Positions 28,001-32,000 of a stretch of 32,000 bases of DNA are shown piece after piece (the first letter of the stretch is position 1; the number at the start of each line of letters is the position of its first letter). The notes below the pieces were generated by a model that saw only the letters and a program-made list of their open reading frames with translations, was not told the DNA's origin and ran no database searches. The translations under genes were made by a program, and so were the position numbers. The stretch is from the sequence record CM051313.1; one strand, written 5' to 3'.

Positions 28001-30873
28001 TAATACAACGATCCAAATAGATTTTTTCCTTTTAAGTTGGTTGATTTTGCATTTATTTCACCTACTAAGTCAGATTCTATATTATAGCATGGCAATTTTA
28101 CATAATTTTTAATACTTTTTATGCATTGATAGGTTTTTTTATTTTTGAAGAAATTGAATTCTTTAATAAATCCTACAGATTGAGTAAAAGTAGTATAAAT
28201 AAAAAATTTTAATAGAACTTTCGTTTTGACATTTGGTGTTAATAATGGCCAAATTTTTATTTTTTTTGATAATTTTGTGGTTATTGTGGAGTTCAAGGCA
28301 TTACGATTTGTTTGGTTGTGAATTAACATTTTGTCTGCTTTTATAGAGTTAATATTTATTAGATTTAAAACAAGCATTAACGCAATTTTATTTAGATTTG
28401 GTTCAATCAAATTAAAAGTATAGCCTTTTAAAATTGTGGTCAAAATAAATAAAGGGTTTAGTTGTTTTTGATTTTTTATTTTAGTATACCATAATTGATG
28501 GTTAAACGTTTTTGATAATTTTAAACCATTTGAATGGGTCAATTTAATATGACTTCTAGAAGATTTGTTTATAAGTTTCACAACATTTTGTAAAAAAACT
28601 TTATTACTATTTACAGATTGACTCAATTGATTATTATACAATTTTATTAAAACATTATCCAATTTTAAAGAAAGATTTGTTAATAAAGTAGAAGGTGCGT
28701 TTAGCAATTTAAATGGGCTTAAACTGATTTGAGAATTAAACTTCGTAGTATTTAAACTGTTATCTTCAAGGTTACTTACACTCACGTTAGTCTTCTGAAG
28801 GTGAAGAGGTGAAGATCCTCGATCTTTAGCCAAAATTAATAGGTATAAAGGTGTTACAAGACTTTTTGTCTGCATTTTTAAATGTTTTAATAATTCATTT
28901 TTATAGATTTTCGGTAATTGAGCCGAAGAAAAATTTAAAATCGTATTAATTGATATTAACCCTACATTTGGAGTTTGAGAATCTAAATCTTTTAAATATT
29001 TTTTTACAAATTGTGGTGAACGCAGTGATAACAAACAATTTAAAAAATGTAAATTATGATTTACTGTTATTAAAATATTTGTTTTTATCCCTTCAGAGAA
29101 ATGTTTATATTCCTGCAGGCCATCCATTTTAGTTGGAGTAGCAGCTCCATAGCTTTCAGCGGATTTTATTACATATTGAATTAATTTAAACCATCCTTTT
29201 TTGCTTACAATGTATTGCATTTTTGCAACCGTTGTCAACACGGGCCAATTTCTTTTTTCACTTTTGTAGAAGTATACTTTATTTCTTTGCTGAAAAGCTG
29301 TTAGTGGCAGTTGGACTTTATTTACTCCAAAAGATACGGCCTCTGCCTGATTGGAATTTTTAGGTTTACGTGCATAATAATTTTTTAAATATTGCTTATA
29401 CAACGCTTTTTTTGTTTTTGGTTTTTTGTATTTTACTCCTTTTTGGGCAATCGCATTTAAAGGTGTAGTCTTTTTTAGCTTTGTTTTAGTTTTTTCTTCC
29501 CCTTCGGGCATATAACTATAAGACGTATTACTATTCGGTTGACTAACACGCAAAGGAAGAGTGTTTGTCGATTTAATTTTAATCATTGTGTTAGTTAGAT
29601 TATATTTTTCAGGATATTGTTTTTTCATTATTTTTTGCCACGATTCAAAAATGCTTGATGGTGAGACAGGTAATAATTGACGACCTCTAAATGAATTTTC
29701 TAAAGTTAAGGTTTCGGTATTGTAAGTAATACCTTGTAAATGTTTCTTTTTCATATCTAATAGTATCGAGATATAACTTGGTATACCTTTTACAAACCAA
29801 ACATGGGTTGTTGGTGATGCTAATTGAATATAACCTAATTGTGTACGACGAATAATGGAATATGTATATTCTACATCACAAATACGACAAAAATAACGTT
29901 TTTGTAAATTAAGGGATAACTGAGTATTTGGTTGTGTTTGACGACTTTCGGCTATAGGTTGGATTGAAGAATTATTTACTGTTTTAGTTAAATAGTTTTT
30001 TATATTAAATTTTTTGCCACAAGCACATTCATGATCTTTTAATGGACCAAAAATACGCTCACAAAATAAACCACCTTTAATAGGTTTTAAAGTTTTATAG
30101 TGAATTGTTTCAGGATTAATAACTTCACCAACAACTTTTCCATTTGGTAAAGTTTTTTCTGCCCATTGACGTATACGATTGGCTGATGCTAAATTAATCG
30201 TAATTAAATTAATTTCGGTTAGTTTTGAATAAGAATTTTCAAATTTATGAACTATTTTTTTAAGTTGCAGAGTATTCACAATATTTTTAGTCCCGAAAGA
30301 GCGAGATGTGCTTGGACTCGAACTTTTAGTGTTTAAAAATAATGATTGAAAAGGATTTAAACCCTTTTGGGTCAAAGTTGTACCTGTTTTCCCTAAAAGT
30401 AAAGGTTTTGTCTCTTTTGTTTTTTTTAAGGAAATGAGCGGTTTCGCATAAATTTTATTTACAAAAAACTTAAAAGATCTATGGGTTAGAAGGGTATTAC
30501 TTGGTGCATTTTTAATCGTTCCAGGAACGTCGGTTTCAATTGCGTTAGGTGTACCTATTTTACTCACAGTTAGTTGAGCTTCTTCGTTGGAAATATAAAT
30601 AGCTTTAGTGTTTAAACGTGCTTTTAGATTATTTAATGGCAGTTTATTATTCTGTAAATTAGGTAATTTTTTAAATGAGTCCATTTCAGCAGAAGCTGCT
30701 ACCACTTTACGAATTAAATTTAAATTGGTAACTTGACTGTTTAATCCTTGTAGAGGACTGTTGCCATATTGTGCATACATTACTTTACCCTTAGGGTAAA
30801 GTAAAGTAGGGCTATGGATATGTGAAAAATAGGTTCCATTTTTTAACAATTCTGCATATTTTTTGTAGTGCAT
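25096..30873 (-). CDS. rpoC1: RNA polymerase beta' subunit (N-terminal-half homologue), hugely expanded to 1925 aa
   Basis: Conserved blocks: GGLFCERIFGPLKDHECACGK (zinc ribbon, 30013..30072), LPVLPPVLRPV (from 26604), GKRVDYSGRSVIVVGP, LLNRAPTLHRLGFQAFQP and NADFDGDQMAVHVP (catalytic Mg site, 25909..25950). They are separated by long N/K-rich insertions. Confidence 0.93.
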   Translation of the reverse strand: MHYKKYAELLKNGTYFSHIHSPTLLYPKGKVMYAQYGNSPLQGLNSQVTNLNLIRKVVAASAEMDSFKKLPNLQNNKLPLNNLKARLNTKAIYISNEEAQLTVSKIGTPNAIETDVPGTIKNAPSNTLLTHRSFKFFVNKIYAKPLISLKKTKETKPLLLGKTGTTLTQKGLNPFQSLFLNTKSSSPSTSRSFGTKNIVNTLQLKKIVHKFENSYSKLTEINLITINLASANRIRQWAEKTLPNGKVVGEVINPETIHYKTLKPIKGGLFCERIFGPLKDHECACGKKFNIKNYLTKTVNNSSIQPIAESRQTQPNTQLSLNLQKRYFCRICDVEYTYSIIRRTQLGYIQLASPTTHVWFVKGIPSYISILLDMKKKHLQGITYNTETLTLENSFRGRQLLPVSPSSIFESWQKIMKKQYPEKYNLTNTMIKIKSTNTLPLRVSQPNSNTSYSYMPEGEEKTKTKLKKTTPLNAIAQKGVKYKKPKTKKALYKQYLKNYYARKPKNSNQAEAVSFGVNKVQLPLTAFQQRNKVYFYKSEKRNWPVLTTVAKMQYIVSKKGWFKLIQYVIKSAESYGAATPTKMDGLQEYKHFSEGIKTNILITVNHNLHFLNCLLSLRSPQFVKKYLKDLDSQTPNVGLISINTILNFSSAQLPKIYKNELLKHLKMQTKSLVTPLYLLILAKDRGSSPLHLQKTNVSVSNLEDNSLNTTKFNSQISLSPFKLLNAPSTLLTNLSLKLDNVLIKLYNNQLSQSVNSNKVFLQNVVKLINKSSRSHIKLTHSNGLKLSKTFNHQLWYTKIKNQKQLNPLFILTTILKGYTFNLIEPNLNKIALMLVLNLININSIKADKMLIHNQTNRNALNSTITTKLSKKIKIWPLLTPNVKTKVLLKFFIYTTFTQSVGFIKEFNFFKNKKTYQCIKSIKNYVKLPCYNIESDLVGEINAKSTNLKGKNLFGSLYYCSSLKMLKIFTLYFFFLKKTKKQLIYNLYNSVLADLKKLKNKYFKYLILSFTLFSYKKHLNLISPLSIFLLQLTQNTALQKLVNKTNIIFSFNVNPFHNINMINDTNLSSMAVLYPSQSIKLLCTKFDGVKTQNNVWINRVILLATQDLDRYTGKRLISIKGSNMYLMGLTDTLIKVKMASKLAFSKLTDEMSLPPLTTLQLSIYTPQVEKSNNINVRLNIWHSKIGRQPDFIETASQTKNLIVNNIYCLSHRELWEQDKDWQDFAYYYYSPGRINDKLIPLYKSRNYDSLFSMDNTLANTPQTAIYSLGMNINTAFSGAGLIQKLLNDFNFTELKKMDKQNRILLFQYNKHVQKLKKVMGTSSKGINTGNRKSRYQYYKACHIRDVLIRRTKLTRKIFNKLIPNDNFKTVDGQLTLKLVSSKGTSSAAETTKNVSVVTKIFNVSKLQALQNTTETNGLNMILTLLPVLPPVLRPVLKMSGQFTISDLNRLYQRIIYRNERLKKFLKDPALSSSFEMKYAQRLLQEAVDNLIQNGKSGVVPEKDARGRLLKSLSDILKGKQGRFRQYLLGKRVDYSGRSVIVVGPRLRLHECGIPKEMALVLYSPFLIKRILNEKLADTYLSAKKLIRTNPLLVSQLLREIMKSCPVLLNRAPTLHRLGFQAFQPKLVDGKAILLHPLVCPAFNADFDGDQMAVHVPITFEARAEAWKLMLARNNLLSPATGEPLILPSQDMVLGCYYLTTNCAEKWSKLKKGSGMYFHNIHEVLKAYNQHLIHLHAVIWVNIQGHLETANNIEQPLEIRIPLNQKYFYSQKGSYTALAGRQWQLLLREDAYSSNGLIAEANAGNLPQINVAEGEVNKNILDLRYLNLNYMEIYSKTHNLLNVNHSTLVAQRGQIKDNIHLPQLTTQIIRTTPGKILFNIIVKNAIEKRPKLLSKSNFKGGFIKNKLVNAIDQEIDNYFIRKNTALS

Positions 30874-31350
30874 AATAAATATTAAAAGGATTTTCTTGTA
30901 GCTTAATGTTTAATAAAATGCAATTTTATATGGTAGTTCTATGTGGGTAAAGTCCTTTGAAACTAATCCCGATAAAGCATTAGATCTCACACATAAACGA
31001 CTGCGGGGCTACAAAGTCGAACTAACATATAAAGCTTTATTAAGCTTAAGATTTTTTAACCAGAAAAAACCATATTTTATGTATAGCTAACAAGGCTACC
31101 TCATTTGGATATATAAATAACATGGCCGTGCCAGCCCGAAGGGGGACATTGGTTCTGTCTCGAGGAAGTAGTAACTTATTACTTACTGTGTACCTGTAAG
31201 GGGACGCCAGTTGGTACATATACCTGAAGAGGGTAGCAGGTAGTAACTACAATTCGCTTCGGGTATAATGAATCATTTCGGGGCCCTTTAAGGGTTGATA
31301 TAACATTTTAGTTAATTTATACATCCGCAATTACATACACTATTTAGTTT

Positions 31351-31423
31351 TAGGCCCAACCGGACTTGAACCGATGACCTATTGCTTGTAAGGCAATCAC
31401 TCTACCGACTGAGTTATGGGCCT
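31351..31423 (-). tRNA. trnV: tRNA-Val (UAC), intron-less
   Basis: The reverse complement reads AGGCCCATAACTCAGTCGGTAGAGTGATTGCCTTACAAGCAATAGGTCATCGGTTCAAGTCCGGTTGGGCCTA. Acceptor AGGCCCA/TGGGCCT, anticodon loop CTTACAA. Confidence 0.88.
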
Positions 31424-31664
31424 AGAATTATTTTTTGATATTACTATTATAATTTATTATTATTTTTTTAGCAAGTATTCTACTTTATATTGAGTTTATG
31501 GCGTCTGAGTTGTTCATTTTGGGGATTTAATAATACCTCGTAGCTGTCTAGCATATTAGTGACTATTAATTAAATAATTAAAGTGTTTTAGATAATTTGT
31601 GGTGCTGCGCTCCCTTGTGGGAACCCAAATATTGAAGTTTACTTACTGGTTAGAGTCTATCGAG

Positions 31665-31920
31665 CAGCCCCGAAAAGAAGTATATAAATATAGGACGTCC
31701 TCTTTCCCTTACGGGACGCCAGTGGCATCGAAGGACGTCCCCTTCGGGCAAATAAATTTTAGTGGCAGTTGCCTGCCAACTGCCTCCTTCGGAGTATTAA
31801 AATCCTATATTTATATACTCCGAAGGAGGCAGTTGCCTGCCAACTGCCGAGGCAAATAAATTTTAGTGGGCGTCCCGTAAGGGGACGTCCACTAAAATTT
31901 ATTCTTTCTAGGCAACGTCC
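31665..31920. repeat. Short dispersed repeat (SDR) cluster
   Basis: Same modules (ggcagttgcctgccaactgcc twice, actccgaaggagg, gggacgtcc, aaatttatttgcc). Weaker SDR debris is also present at 31135..31270. Confidence 0.88.
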
Positions 31921-32000
31921 ATTCCTATCTGTTTACGGGTTATTAATGTCCTCATGTATTCATAGCAAGCAGCACCGTCAACTGCTTCAAATGTAAAAAA

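Overview
This window reads as chloroplast DNA of Chlamydomonas reinhardtii or a very close relative. It is AT-rich, and its photosynthesis genes are highly conserved. psbC starts at GTG, and a free-standing psaA exon 2 lies just downstream of psbD, flanked by group II intron halves (trans-splicing). Two coding regions are greatly expanded: a 1925-aa rpoC1 and the FtsH/Ycf2-like orf2971. The intergenic spacers are packed with the GC-rich short dispersed repeats (SDRs) typical of this genome.

Gene order (strand in brackets): rps12 5' end (-), psaJ (-), atpI (-), psbJ (-), SDR block, psaA intron 2 5' half / psaA exon 2 / intron 1 3' half (-), psbD (-), SDR block, orf2971 (+, split here into two overlapping ORFs), psbC (+), trnH-GUG, trnfM-CAU, trnF-GAA, psaC, petL, trnN-GUU (all +), SDR block, an unassigned 528-aa ORF (-), SDR block, rpoC1 (-), trnV-UAC (-), SDR block.

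Several features are absent from the ORF track and were read directly from the sequence: psaJ, psbJ, petL, rps12, psaA exon 2, five tRNAs, and group II intron domains V and VI.

I see no evidence of a defence island, CRISPR array or complete mobile element. The items most worth a second look are:
- an apparent 1-nt frameshift in a homopolymer that splits orf2971;
- the unassigned 528-aa ORF, which reads through degenerate SDRs and is bracketed by 83-bp and 68-bp identical direct repeats;
- SDR-derived segments carried in frame inside orf2971 and rpoC1;
- degenerate ATPase and protease motifs in orf2971;
- a perfect 33-bp-stem palindrome 3' of rpoC1.

All homology statements come from my own recognition of the protein and RNA sequences. 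No searches were run.
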